Source: Eledone cirrhosa (Eukaryota). From it: 64,000 nt of DNA. Positions within the stretch are counted from its first letter, which is position 1, and every line of letters begins with the position of its first letter. The stretch lies in NCBI GenBank assembly GCA_964016885.1, contig OZ024740.1, positions 329,158,001-329,222,000 on the forward strand. Direction: 5' to 3'. The translations under genes were made by a program, and so were the position numbers. The notes beneath the pieces were generated by a model. It saw only the letters and a program-made list of their open reading frames with translations. It searched no databases and was not told the origin of the DNA. Positions 26,516-40,952 of the stretch are shown here, piece after piece.

Positions 26516-27350
26516 CTGTGTGTATTCGACTATTCTATTTCGTGGTCCAACCAATTTCAACAAAACCTAGTTTATATTGAGAATTCTCCAGTTAGCCCTG
26601 GAGGAGTAACAGAGACCGCGCATGATGCTTTCAATTAACATACAATCTGTATGTTACTGTACTCCTTTTTACAATGCTAGTAAGTCAGTGATTCTTCCGA
26701 TATATGATACAACGAACATCTCATTTTAATAACAGTAAAAGGAGATATCAATTCTTGGATTACATAGCTTCCCGTATCACACTTCAATTGAACATACAAA
26801 TGCAAACAGAACCTATCCAAACCACTGAATCTTTATTCTCAGAATCGATTTATGACTCATTTCAGACGTTTATGCCAATCCCAAAATGTGTATATTGAGC
26901 GTAGGAAATAGGTCTGAGTGATATCGAAAGGAAAGACACATATCTAACTGCGATAATATATAATTGTCGTTAATATAAGCTTATTAACACATTTAGATAA
27001 ATAAAAAAACAGGAACAACCTAACCATGAATTTCAAAATATGTAATTAACCATCAATGCCTCGCAGTCATTTTCAAACTGCAATATTTTCGATCAAGTGT
27101 TATTTATCGACAAAATGAGTTCGCCTACTAATTCTCTGCGGACACAAAATGATCGAGAATGATTACCAAATAGAGTTATATCGAATACATTTATATTTTT
27201 CATATGTGAAACTCACTATAATAAAGGTGAGATTACTATTGCTATTGATTTCTCAATATATAAGAACTCTGTATTTATATATTGAAGGCATTGTTTTCGA
27301 TTGTACACATACTCATGCATACTTAAGTACATATTTCCTTAAAATCTCTC

Positions 27351-27403
<53 letters not shown>

Positions 27404-29948
27404 TAGATATATTTACGTACTACAAATTTAAATCATAGCTGGAACATACTTAATTATTGGGAGTCCACCTCAATCCACAAACTATTAAGTGGTATACGTT
27501 TTATGTTTTTGTGTATATCTGTGACTTTATTGTATACTGAAAGTGGTAGATGTAAGAGAGGTGAAAATCATAACAGGCTCCATACATAGATTTTGTAAAA
27601 GATGGCCAATGATTTCTCTCACGGTTTTGTTAGCATGGTTTTTAATTAACTAAAGCGGAGCCAATAAGGAATCGTTTTCGAATTGTAAATAATTTTAAAA
27701 ATTATTCTTCATACCTCTATTATATCAATGTATATCATAAATTTGTTGCAATTCATATAAAGTGCTTTCTATATTCAATGCCATTTACTGATACCCTTTG
27801 ACATTTGGCTATGTCTAACAATGTGGAAATTATATTGTGTTGATGAGTGAATAGATGAATTTTCTGCGACGTTCAGAAGAACCATAGAATTGAATGAAAT
27901 AAATAATATTTAGAGTAGCTGTCGACAGTTCTACACCGTTTCTCACAAGTGTTAATTCTTAGATAAATACATATATTTTCCCTCATATCATATTTGTTAC
28001 TATGGCAGCTGCATTTAAAATCTTCGTGTAATAATAACAATATTATCATTTATTTATGCTAAGTTCTATTCAATCGTGTGAAATATATAGTGAGCTAAAT
28101 GGACACGTCTATCACTTACATGCTTCCAGAACAATATGTTGGACTCTTTGGAACTTTTAAAAGTATTATGAATTCTCCTTTCCCAAATTCTTAGGAAATA
28201 CCAGCTAATTGTAAACTTAATTCAAGCTAACCTTTTCAAGTTAAAGTTGGATTTGTCTTTTATTATGTTTCTGCGTATGGAGGCAATTAATGTAATGTTC
28301 AATATTAGTCCAAATATAAAATGTAACTCTTTTGTTGAGGTGTATATTGCTTCCCACGGTACAATTAACAACATATAGGCAACAATTGGATATTGGAGTC
28401 AAGGTAAACGAAAAGACACTCTGGAAATATACTAAGATAGATAAATCTAATCCTTATCTAATTCGTAATCATATTCTCAGTTCTATTGGGATCTTAATAA
28501 TCAAGTATGTATCAATATAATAGATTTTGTGTAGATATACATTTCTTAGATTTTATGATACAGCATAACAAGAAATATGTAGTGGTGAATATTTTAAGAA
28601 TTTATTTTAAACGTTTTGTCTTTATTGGTCTATTTCTAAAATGTTGGAGGAGCTGACACTGTAGCGTGCCTTATTGTATGTTTTTATTTGTCGCTTTATT
28701 CTAAGTATGCTCTGAGTTCATGTCATTTTAGAACATGGAAATACTGTATTAAGTATCAACAATGTATTCTTCCCTCTTCTAGTTATAGTTTACTTCACTA
28801 GGTAGCATATGCCCTTAACATAAGCATTCCACGTTATACTGCACTATGCAATCGCATAAATTTAAGAACCCTCCCCTCTTAGAATATGTGTATCTGTAAT
28901 TAAGCGCCTACCCTCACAAGAGGAGGAATTATATGTATCATATGGCAGGTGCTGCGCGTCTACACGGGGATGTTAATGACATTCAGTTATTATTCCTTGT
29001 CGACACAACGATGGGACCAATGAAAAGATATGGCATAAATGTGTCTCAAGCCCAAATGTGACCAGAAACATCTAGAAAATCTTTGTGTAGACTGAAAAGG
29101 TTTCAGATATGCCTGACAAAGTCATGAAATAGAATCGCTGCACTATAAGTCATCTTCTGTGAGGTGAAATTAGGCTCGGAAAGGAATTAAAAAACTATTA
29201 AATACAAGGAACTTGAAATAGAAATAATCAGAAACAATTGTCATAATAATTAGAACATTACGTAGAGTACAAATAAAACCGGATTTGAAATATACAGGTA
29301 CAAATAAATATACTAGGTAAAACATTTACCCTACTTATAGTATTTCCAATTCAATAGCACATCTCACACAATACATTTTCTCCCTGATTCTCACAACATT
29401 TACAAGAGACAATCAGCAACCAAGAAAAGCTATATCAAAGCAAATCATGCAGCAAACAAACCCATTGGAACGCTCTTGAAATTAAAATTATATACACATC
29501 CCACGAACATAGAGATGTAATTAGAACCCACGTTAAGCTACTTAATGCATTAGAATAGTTTCTGATTGAGGCACAATATGTTTGGGGAAGGGAAGAGTCG
29601 ATTAAAGTGAGCCTAGTGCGTTACTGGTATATTATTTTATCGGCCTTAATGGGATGAAAGGCAAAGCTGAAAATTTGAAACAAGATTACCTCTTACAGAG
29701 GAGAGGCGTACTAACAATTTATTCTGTTGAACCCCGAAATCTGAAATACTATGTTGATCCAGGTTGAATTTGAACTGAGAATGTGAATAAATGTAACAGA
29801 ATACACCAATATGTTTTCTTGTCCTGTTATGTTTATATAATATAAGTGATTATTTAATGAAATGTTATTCATTCTCGCACTTACACTTACTTGCACTTAC
29901 TAATGTTATTTAGAAGAAAATTATTATTATAAATGTTATCATCATAAA

Positions 29949-30150
29949 GGCGGTTGATTGGTAGTATCGGTAGAACGTCGGACAACATGCTGTGCAGCAT
30001 AGAGTTTCGTCCATTTACCTTTGAGTTCTAATCCCAAAAGGGGTAGCTTTGCCTTTCATCCGTACGGGTCGATAAAATACAGCACCAGTGATGCACTAGG
30101 CTCGATTTAATCGACTTCCCCTCCCCCCAAATTGTTGACCTTGTGCGTAA
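29949..30150 (+). mobile_element. tRNA-derived Nin/Deu-like SINE (older copy)
   Basis: GGCGGTTGATTGGTAGTATCGGTAGA...GCCTTTCATCCGTACGGGTCGATAAAAT. Confidence 0.75.
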
Positions 30151-30857
30151 AAAAGACAGCACTATAAATGTTATAAAATTTGATCATTAAAAAAATGATA
30201 GAGTGATTTTTATATTCTGATTTTATATCCAACTATACACAGTTGAATTACTGAAGTCAATTCATTCTACAGTATTCCACCCACGAATTATGTGCACACG
30301 TTGCTACTTTAAAACCCATTATATTTCAGTGAAATAATTGGAGATATATCTTAACATCCAGTATTCTTGAATAATATATATATAAAGTCAAATAAACATT
30401 GATTTATACTTAACTGATTTAGAATTTTTTTTTTTTAGTTTTCCTTCCTGTATTTTAACTTTTACTAGTCTTTAATTTGTAATCAATCCTAGAACATTTG
30501 TTGAAGTGCTTTGTGAACGTATAAGTTTCCTCATTCAGAATGCATAAACTACATTTATAATTCGCCAACTTATAACAGGAATGTTGTAGATATAAGAAAT
30601 GACATTTTCGAAACGAAATATGCCTATAAAATAAGATATTAAGACCAGGTTCCCCCAAAAAGTTAATTAAAAGGAATATTCTTTTGCATAACGTTTCCAA
30701 TATCAACATTCTGAAGATATTCCAATTAGGTTTGACTCCAGTATTTTGCTGGAAGAGGATACGGTTTGATGCTAAGATCTAAATATATTAGAAGATTAAT
30801 ATTAGACAAATATATTAGTAGACTAATATTATAATTAAAAATCAATAGTTTATATAA

Positions 30858-31223
30858 TTGTTCTACTTTAGGCACAAGGCCAGCAATTACCCAGTGCATT
30901 ACTGGTATTTTATTTTATCGACCCCCGAAAGGATGAAAGGCAAAGTCAACCTCGGCGGGATTTGAACTCAGATCGTAAAGGGACGTAACTATGCTGGAAA
31001 GCATGGCGTCCGACCCTCTACCGATACTGCCAATCCACAGTTTATATAATAATAATTGTTTCTACGTTTGGCACAATGCCAGGAATTACCCAGTGCATTA
31101 ATGGTACTTTATTTTATCAACCCCGAAAGTTAACTTCGGCGGGATTTCAACTCAAAATGGAAAGGGCCGTAACTATATGCGTTAAAGCATGGCGCCCGAC
31201 CTGCTACCGATACTGCCAATCCA
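30858..31223 (-). mobile_element. Two head-to-tail SINE copies (30858-31038, 31056-31223)
   Basis: Same family as 24561-24744. Confidence 0.85.
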
Positions 31224-33769
31224 TGATAATGATAATACTCAAAGTTGAATACATTTATATTTTTGGTTTTGTAAAGCTAGATCGAAATTTTTTCCGATGG
31301 AAAAAATACTATATTTGGATATAAACCTTTCGGCACTTAGAGAACCTTCTCTCTGAAAATTTAGGCTTATAATTCCCCGACTGAAAGCAAAACAATAATG
31401 AAATGTATTTGTAATGAGTGTGTGTAACATGAACATGAATGGAGCTGCTCTCAAAGTTTCCTAAAGATACAAACGTTGTTGACAATCTGAATGCTTTACA
31501 ATGTAAACCAACAAATATTGCAATATTTCCCCCTTTTATAGAGAACGTTATTGCCTGAAGCTGAAATCCACGGTTGCCATAGAAAATATATGAAATTAAA
31601 ATGTTTATATAGATAGAAATATTAAGGATTTGGAAGAAAACCTTCAAACCTGCTGCATCGTAAAGCGTGTTTGATTTGCAGATATATCAATATACTATAA
31701 TATTTGAAGATCGCATTTACATTTTGTAACAGTCTTTGTTCCATTCAGAAAACCTTAGTATTTATGAAGTTTTACCTACAACTGGAAATATTCCACGAAT
31801 GACGCATTCATTCAATATTCATTCTATATTAAAACTACTGAAACATTGGAAAAATATCTGGAGGTGTTAATTTGAATGAATATATTTGAAAGTATTAGAA
31901 TATGGTAAAGGCATGTTTACTTTAGAAAATTCTTATACCTTAACGCAGTAACTTAATACTGATTCCTACAAGGCTTTTGTAACATTTTATCAACTTTTGA
32001 AAACATTAGATTACACAAAGTATTGAATCTAAATGATGTTGTGTATAATAAAGTAACATAAAGGTTTACATGAGATATTTCCCATTGCATCCTCCTCTGG
32101 CTATTACATCATTTCGAGTAATAAAGAATCGAGTTTAATATGAAACTATTTTACTAAACAAATATCAATTGGATTATATAATATTTGCATCAAAAAGAAG
32201 AAAAAAGGCGAAATATTCATAGACTGCAAAAGACTATCTTGCAAATATTGAAGAAATAAATTAACGTAATAATAGTGCTGTAAAATAAAGGAGACCAGTT
32301 CCTGTGTATTTCGACACGAGGACTTCCACTGAAATATAGTGTACTAGTTGTATTTCTGTTTTTCTTATTGTTTATATTGTGGGTGATGCTGTTGTTTAGG
32401 CCCGGATCAAACCTGAATAGTCATATATATGATCAAATTTATTCTGGCTATTATGATATCGCCTTCTTAGGGATATCTAAGAGTTAAGTTTAATTTTCAG
32501 GTTCACTATGCATATGTGTTATATGTTTTTATAGAAACATATATCTGGAGTGCAAACACATCACGCAACACGACATCGATATCAACTCGATATTGACCGT
32601 CAATATATATTAATATTCTCAGAGTTACCTGAGGATGGTCAGCTAGATGAACTAGACTCAGGGGACATCTTATTCTATAGAATTTGGCCAGAATGGGAGC
32701 GTCAGAGAGCCGGAAGGTTGCTTTGCTCTAAGAACCTGCCTGGCGCAACATCTGACCGAGATTCCACATGGTATCAATAATCGGATTGTGACACTTCGTT
32801 TTTCACTTCACTTTAGCCGCTTTATCACTTTGGATAGTGTAAACGCTCCAGTTCTCCTAAATTACCAAATCGAAATAGATACTTTTACGCGTATAAGCGA
32901 ATATTTAAAAAGAATGTAAATAGGAGTGACAAGCGTGTAGTGTTGGTTGATTTGGGTGTTACCGGTGTATCAGGAATTCAATTTTTTCATTGGAAATACA
33001 TACTTCAGATAGAAGAACAATTGAAGTAATCGTACTCGGACACGAGTTGTCTTCCATTGCTATGTATGTTAGTATGTATGTTATTGTATGTGAGTATGTG
33101 TATGTATGTACGTATGTATTGTTATTTCTATTCATATTTATACACACACAAATACAATAACATACATACTTACATACATAGCACATATATATATATATAT
33201 AATATATATAGATATATACTAATATTGTCTAATGATATGTCGAATTTCAATGAAATGAAAATGTCAATGGTTTGAAATACCTTCTATTCTATTATTTCCC
33301 TTGTTCATCCAGTATTTCCATTTCCTTATGCCGATATAGAAATTATTTGTAAACGCTTAAATGCCAAGCTGAAACAAATCCTGACATTTGCACACCTACG
33401 TGATTTATTTTATATATACTGTACCCCGCTTTAGATGATTAGCTTTTAGTTTCTAATTAAAATGTCTTTCTTCGATATTAACATTTTTCATATACTCAAT
33501 TAGTATACGTGCATCATATATACGAAGGATATTTGTCTTGATAGCAAAATTAAATATATTCAATTGAGAGTTAAAAGTATATTGATATTTTACTATAATT
33601 ATCTGCAATACTATTATAAAATGTGTCAATAATTCATATGGCAATAGATTTAACATGACCAAATGGATGATTTGAAGAAATGTGTACTGCCTTCACACAC
33701 ATACTTCATAAATACACGTAGCTTGATGTCAACATTCTTATTTATCTGCATTTATGTTGGTTTGAATTA

Positions 33770-35460
33770 AGTTAGTTAAGGCCTCCTTCGGTCAAGGCTG
33801 ACCATTGTTAATATCCTGTTGTCAGCTCGGTTGGAGCAACGTGTCCAGTAGCTAAACAGACCTATACATGAGTGACAGTTTCTGTGATATTGAACACAAA
33901 TGTATATGGTCTCTGCTCGGTTGGAATTATTGTGCTACTTTTGCCTGGCTCTCCAGTTCGCTGCTGCAGTCATCAAGCTCTCCTCCACTGGTTTGAGGTG
34001 TTGATTCAGGGTATTTCTCCATCTTTGCCGGTTAGCTGATAGGTCCTCCCAGATCTCTGTGTTGAAGTGAATGGCCTTTATATTTCTCTTCAGAACGTCC
34101 TGGTATCGCAGGTGAGGTCAACCGGTGGCTCTCTTTCCAGAGGCCAGCTCCCCTTATAAGAAGTATTTTGGGATGCGGCCATCATTCATGTTTTTGACGT
34201 AACCTAGCCAGCGTAGTCTGAACTGTCGGAACAGAGTAAACATGCTGGGAAGGCCAGCACGAATAAAGACCTCGGCGTTAGGTATTCTGTCCTGTCAGAA
34301 TATACCCAGGATACGGCGCAGGCTTCTCAGATGGAAGGTGTTGCGTCGCCTCTCCTGTCTAGCATATCGGGACCATGTCTCACTGCCATACAGCAGTGGC
34401 CGATGACACAGGCATTGTACACAGCCATCTTGGTCCTTACCACCAGCTTGGGGATTGTCAACACTCGGGTTGTGAGGTGATCAAATGTTGTCGCTGCGTT
34501 CTCAATCCTATTGTCGAGCTCTGTGTCCAGTGAAAGGTTGTCGGTGATGGTGGAACCGGGGTAGGTGAACTGATGGACTACGTCGAGTTCATAGACATCG
34601 ATTTTGATGAATGGTGGTGCCTCTGTGTCCTGTCCCAAGACGTTTGTCTTCTCACGGCTGGTGATCAGTCCAAAATCCATGCAGACTTGAGAGAAGTGAT
34701 CCATCAGCATCTAGAGTTCCTGTTGGGAGTTGCTCACAACTGCTGCATCATCGGCATACGGCATGTCTCTAATGAGGGTTTTACGAACGTTTGTTCTCGC
34801 TCGGAGGCGGGCAGGTTGAACAGCTTGCCGTCCTATTTGGTGTATAGGAACATCCCCTCTGCTGCATTGCCGAATGCTTCATGTGCAGAAGAAAGATATT
34901 CCGAAAGGGTGTGAGCGCAAGGACGCTGCCTTGTTTTACTCCACTGAATGACTGAATGTTGCCCCCGTTGAACTGCACTGTCCTTTTCATATTGGTGCGG
35001 AAGGATTCCACCATGCCCTGCAGTACTAGTGGGGAGCCAATATTTGGAAGGATCTTGAAGAGGCCATCCCTACTAACCTGGTCACACGCCTTGGTGAAAC
35101 CGATAAAAGCAACATAGAGGGGCACGTTCTGTTCCTGGAATTTATCCTGGAGCTGGTGGAGGGAGAAGACTATGTCTACTCTTTATCGCTTGACTCGGAA
35201 GCCGCACTATGATTCTGGGTACACATGCTCCTCCAGCTTCTGCAGGCGGATCAAGATGATCCGTGCCAATACTTTGCTGACGATACTTAGAAGGGAGATG
35301 CCCCTGTAGTTGTTGCAGTCTCTTCTTTCGCGTTTGTTCTTATAGAGGGTTATGAACTCAGCGTCCCTCTTGTCCCGTGGTACAGCACATTTTTGCCATC
35401 ACTGGCAGAGGATCTCATGCAGTGGCTGCAGTAGGATGGTCCTGCATTGCTTGATCTGAT
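33770..35460 (-). mobile_element. RTE-clade (BovB-like) LINE, RT and 3' part, decayed
   Basis: Minus-strand fragments NCNNYRGISLLSIVSKVLAR, PLYVAFIGFTKACDQVSRDGLFKIL, SGVKQGSVLALTPF, DFGLITSREKTNVLGQD, VHQFTYPGSTITDNLSLDTELDNRI; (TAAC)-like tail at ~33770. Confidence 0.9.
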
Positions 35461-35464
35461 GTGA

Positions 35465-36365
35465 CACAAATGATAGGATCAGACACAAATGACAGGTTCT
35501 ATGAGAACCTTGCATCCACTACCAGTAACATCCCTAATAGGGGAGAACTCATTCTCCTTGGGGATTTCAATGCCAGAGAGGCTCCTGATCTTGACTCATA
35601 ACCTTCCTGACTTGGACAGTTTCTTGGGAGAAAAGTCAATGACAATGGACAGCGCCTTCTCGAGCTGTGCATTTATCACAACCTGTGCACCACCAACTCC
35701 TACTACCGCACCAAGCCACAACACAATGTTTCCTAGAGACATATACGCTCAAAGCACTGGCACCAGCTAGCCATAATACTGGTCAGAAGTACCACCATCA
35801 AGAACGTTCTCCACACACGTTCCTACCACAGTACAGAGCGTGACACAGACCACTCCTTGGTATGTTGCAAGATCATGTTGCAACTGGGGAGTTTCCATCG
35901 AGTCAGGTAACAGAGGAATCCTTGCCTTGATGCCAGCAAGAGGTACCAACCAGAACTTGTAAGGCTCTCAAGAAAGAGCGTCACGGAAGTGGATAATGCT
36001 CTGAAACATCATGCACAGCTCGGCCTTGGCTACCTTTGGAAAGATGGTCTCGAAGTCGCATAACTGGTTTGAGGCCAAGTCCATCAGGATGACCCCTGTC
36101 ATTGAATCCAAGCGTGCTGCCCTAGCTGAGTACAAATGATCGCCCAGCAAATGGAACCTGCACACTCTCAGAGTTGCCAGATGCAAGGTTCAACAGACTG
36201 CAAGGCACTGTGCTAATGAGTACTGGGCACAGCTCAGTGAGGACATCCAGACAGCTGCCGTAACAGGCGACATCAGAGGCATATAGGATGGCATCAAGAA
36301 GGTACTGGGACCGATCAAGAGCAAGGCAGCTCCCCTTAAATCCAAACACTGGGGAAGTAATCACT
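35465..36365 (+). mobile_element. Inverted upstream segment of the same RTE LINE (APE endonuclease C-half plus linker)
   Basis: Plus strand DRFYENLAS...LILLGDFNAR, NDNGQRLLELC, SKHWHQL, ...DGIKKVLGP...APLKSNTGEVIT. Confidence 0.85.
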
Positions 36366-38585
36366 AATATTAAGTGCAAAGAACACCAATCATCATTCAC
36401 AGATCAAATAGAGTAACTAATCTCTGCTATGATTACCAACAAGGTTTTCTAGCCTTTACTTGTTCACTCAAACTACTAAAATGTTTTTTAGATTTTCTTC
36501 TAATTACATAACTGACACTGCTATACATATCCGAAGAATGGAATGGTTACGACTGGAACATCTTTAATCATTGTTTTGCTTGCTTATATCTAAACAGGCG
36601 GCTAGAAACACAACATGTATAGCATGCAAAAGAATGGGTACCCGTATGAACTTTAGAGCGACGGAAAATAGCAGTTAAAAGCCCTCAGACAACACCTGCC
36701 TATCTCAAGGACGGTCAACGTTGATAACTTAAGTCTAGGTATATTATGTATGAAAGCTGGAATGCTGTTGTTTGTTGGCCTGATTAATCACGGTTTCCCT
36801 GGATAAAGGAAACACAATACCGTCCATACGAAATTCATATGCATTGGAATTAAAGCGCAACATGCAAGAGTGACGCACTGCTAACCAGAGTATATTTTTG
36901 TGCACAATAGGTAGAGTTATTGTATTTATGAAACGACAGACCAGTGAAGGTATTTACTTGTTGAAAGCTTGACATACAACTACCTATACATGACTGATTA
37001 AAAAAACAACAATATTAACAGCAATGATCGCAACAATTAAAAGCGATTGTAAAGCGTGAACTTACTATTGGTTCACAAGCGACGCAACGTGTAGGAGTGA
37101 GGCTCGACGTGGTTGTTCGTGAGGTTAAAAATCCTTAAAACAATAGAATCCTAGTTATAAAAGATAACGGAAGAATATACTGAAACATATATTATAGATG
37201 GGCTGAAACAGTGCTTGTCTACTGTAAGATAATATCAACAAGAATCCAATGATAAAATACCACTACATTAAAGCATTATACTCAGACACGATTTTCTGTA
37301 TAATTGTAATTTTACAATAATTAGAATAGTGATAGAGAAGTTATTGTACTATTAAGGTATTTTCCTATAAAAATAATATATACAGACATCATTTTCACGA
37401 AAAGTTTGAACTAGTTTCATATATCAATGCTATGTTATGCATTTGTCCAAATATAATAAAATCAGCAGTGAGAAGTGTATGAACATTTATGCAATTAATA
37501 AAGATGTACAATGCTAACCAAATATTGGCTTTTTAAAAAATAAATTATAAACAGTAGTTGTAGTACCCAGACACATAAGCACACTCTATAAATTATAAAA
37601 TACATACTATTTTAAAACAAAGTGAAAATGCAATCAGAAACCTTAAACATCCACCTTAGAATCAATTGCATTGATTTCTCATCTGAACTACAGCAACCAT
37701 CTACCAGCAAAACAACCGAAAGAAAACCTATGATTACATATCATTTAGTCATATTGTACTATTGATTATATGATTCTTCGTACACATCTCTTTTGTAAGA
37801 ATACCGAATTAATTTAATCAACAAACGAAGTTAATAAGAACACAAGAACTGAAGCAAAAATTATTCCATCGTTACATACATTGTAATACCGAATTCGAAT
37901 TTGAATTTCATATCGATTTCTAGAAGTCACATGTTATTTGATTTCATATTGCCTTATTGTGTTTTCATTAAATTTGAAACTAGGCACCAATCCTTCCGTA
38001 ATGATTAAAAACATTGATTTCATCTTTGAAGAACCTAGTTAAATGCTGAGATCAATCTAAACCACACATGACCAAATTAAAGATAAATCTATTATTTGAG
38101 AACAATTCTAAGACTTTAGATGTAAAATCTAGTTGAAACTTAATAACTAGTTTTAATAAATTTTCTTTGATTTGTCCTGTCATTATTTGCCAAGAGTTAT
38201 ACAAATTCGCTCATCATATAATATCACGCATCCATTCCTGACATTCCTTGCAAAATATTAAATTATCATCCTCCTGTTTGCTTTATTTGAATCATCTGTA
38301 TTGATTATTTCTACGTTTAAATTACTCTGCCCTACAATCTTTGAATTGGCTGTAGCAAAACTAATATTTCCATTTTATATTACGACACTTGAATCTATTT
38401 GAAGAGTGTGGAGTATAAAATGAGTGTGGCTTCCTATATGCATTATCCAACAAACCGTTGTTATTATATTCACGAGTTTTCAATATGGGCTTATTACATA
38501 TACAATTCTATGTTCCATTTCCTTAAAAATCCGAATCTCAGAGTACCGATTCATGCAATTGCAGTTACAAATAAAGAACATTATA

Positions 38586-39004
38586 TTGCTGGCCTTGTGT
38601 CTAAAGTAGAAGCAATTATATTTTTGGATTGGCAGTAACGGTAGAGGATCGGACGCCATGCTTTGACGCATAGAGTTACGGCCCTTGCCATTCTGAGTTC
38701 AAATCCTGTCGAGGTTAACTTTGCCTTTCATCCTTACGGGGTCGATAAAATAAAGTACCAGTAATGCACTGGGTAATTGCTGGCCTTGTGCCGAAAGTAG
38801 TAGCAATTATATTTTTATAGAGGCGGTGGATTGCCATATCGGTAGAGGGTAGGACGCCATTCTTTGACGCATAGAGCTACGGCGCTTGCCATTCCAAGTT
38901 GAAATCCCGCTGAGGTTAACTTTGCCTTTTATTCTTACGGGGTCGATAAAATAAAGTACTAGCACTGAGTAATTGCTGGCCTTGTGCCAAAAGTAGAAAC
39001 AATT
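38586..39004 (+). mobile_element. Tandem SINE array (tail fragment, then 38626-38808 and 38822-39004)
   Basis: The tail TTGCTGGCCTTGTG.C.AAAGTAG occurs three times at ~190-bp spacing; B box GAGTTCAAATCC. Confidence 0.85.
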
Positions 39005-39124
39005 ATATTTTTATCCTTTCTATAATGGGAATTCTTTTACTTACTCTTGTGTACCTTGAAATATGTATATTAGTTCGTCTCTGCGTTTCTTGGTCGATCT
39101 TACTATCTCTTTTCTGAGAGAGCA

Positions 39125-39221
<97 letters not shown>

Positions 39222-39346
39222 TAAAATCCTGACCACTGCACCAAGCTTTCCCGGCTTGCGTGCTCAGCAAGCCTTTTAAAATCAATTATATATATATATA
39301 TTTATATATATATTTATATATATATTTATATATATATTTATATATA

Positions 39347-39397
<51 letters not shown>

Positions 39398-39408
39398 ATG
39401 TATGTATG

Positions 39409-39463
<55 letters not shown>

Positions 39464-39496
39464 AGAAATTAAAAGATGGTTAAAAAAGTCCCATGG

Positions 39497-39565
39497 ATTT
39501 TATTATGCGCATTTCAAAAACAAATATCATCCTGGTATGATATTTGCGTTCTCATCAGATAAAAT
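39497..39565 (-). ncRNA. Type I hammerhead ribozyme, canonical
   Basis: Minus strand ATTTTAT-CTGATGA-GAACGCAAATATCAT accagg ATGATATTTGTTTTT-GAAA-TGCGCA-TA-ATAAAAT. Confidence 0.85.
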
Positions 39566-39649
39566 AGGGAGGCATGATATGATGCTTAGAACACACTTGT
39601 TAACAAGGTAGTGTCTAATCAACATATGTTGATTAGACACTACTTTCCC

Positions 39650-39966
39650 TCTCCCTCTTTCTTCTACTGGCAAGTTCAGCTACCCTTACCTTCCACAAAA
39701 TGCCATGATAGAATCATGTGTCTCACCAACAAACCTTTGACCAATCCTTGTGACAATCACTTTTACCATATATGGAATTACCCCCTGAGAAGTTCGGCTA
39801 TTCATTTACTAGGATAAACATTTTCATTTAGTCCAGAATTAGCCGTCGAAACGGCTTGAGCTCAGCCGTCGGGGTCCTACTTGTTCCTATTACCCACTCT
39901 ACTACCCTAAGCATTGAGTACTTTGGTGCGTTATGGTCCATCTGGCTCCTTACCACAGGTCCTTCG

Positions 39967-39968
<2 letters not shown>
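39650..39968 (+). mobile_element. Solo pseudo-LTR related to the 11.2-15.2 kb PLE, with HHR at 39780-39875 (core CTGAGAA)
   Basis: 39750-39968 closely matches 15010-15228 and ends at the same CCTTCGTT-(AT)n junction. Confidence 0.85.
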
Positions 39969-40040
<72 letters not shown>

Positions 40041-40846
40041 CATAACTTAGCATTCAACATATGATATCCACAATATTACACGGACCACCACAGAACTATA
40101 ATCATTAAGTAAATTCTAGCTTACTTAATTCTATACCACAGTAATGTCTGCAAATACCTTATCAACCCATAAATATATCGCTTCTCAGCTGCTGTCAACA
40201 CAACTTCCTTACCCTTGACTCTCAATTAATGAACCTAAATCCAAGTACATTTTCAGAATACTACTACAGTAAAACATCACCTTCCTCCAGTTATAATTGT
40301 AGTCAGCATTTTTTCTCTTTATATATATATATTGCCTCCTTAACCTTTGTATTAACTTATCTATTATATTGCTACTCTGTTAATGTTATCTTATACATGT
40401 ATGTTATTGATGATGTGAAAGCTAAACAACCCCATGATTCGAACTAACAATCCCTTCATCTAATATAGACCACATAAATATTGAATCCACTTCACACCAC
40501 AAATATTACTATCCTCACTACAATGATAAATATTTTATTTGTCAGATAATAAATAATTCTTCCAGTCACCAGACCTATGATAAAGAAATACATTGTTGAA
40601 AGCAACAGGCTTATCTCTATACTATATATAATACACCCCATGACGGCTTTTACATGTCAATTTCATACATCTGCCCCTTATCAACTCGTTTTACAGGCTA
40701 AAGTCGTAGATATACTATATTTCTTACTGAAATGATGATGTTGTGATTATTTCAACTATTGATTATTTCAAATAATTTATTGCTAGCATTGTTATGCCAT
40801 TACTATATATAGAAGCTATGCCTGTGTATTCCCTTCATTATCGCAA

Positions 40847-40952
40847 GCTCTGATGAATTGACTGGTTTCAACTATGTATTGGTGATCGAATAACGCGAAA
40901 ACAGGCGGGTAGCGATCTCTAGACCTACCAGTTCAGAGAAACAATTGTCAGC
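40847..40952 (+). ncRNA. Type I hammerhead ribozyme with extended stem II
   Basis: GCT-CTGATGA-ATTGACTGGT...ACCAGTTCAGA-GAAA-CAATTG-TC-AGC. Confidence 0.65.

Noticed and set aside
29000-29500. Possible decayed restriction-like-endonuclease LINE 3' end (KYKELEIEIIR)
   Set aside because: One short motif among many stops and frameshifts.
31309-31647. 112-aa minus-strand ORF, or a MULE-like LPEAEIHGC fragment on the plus strand
   Set aside because: No convincing domain or splice structure.
32625-32780. CTGAGGA-TGGTCAG...CTGACC-GAGA; similar remnants at 41445-41525 (-) and 56415-56528 (-)
   Set aside because: Probably decayed PLE hammerheads, but cores or stems are too degenerate to call.
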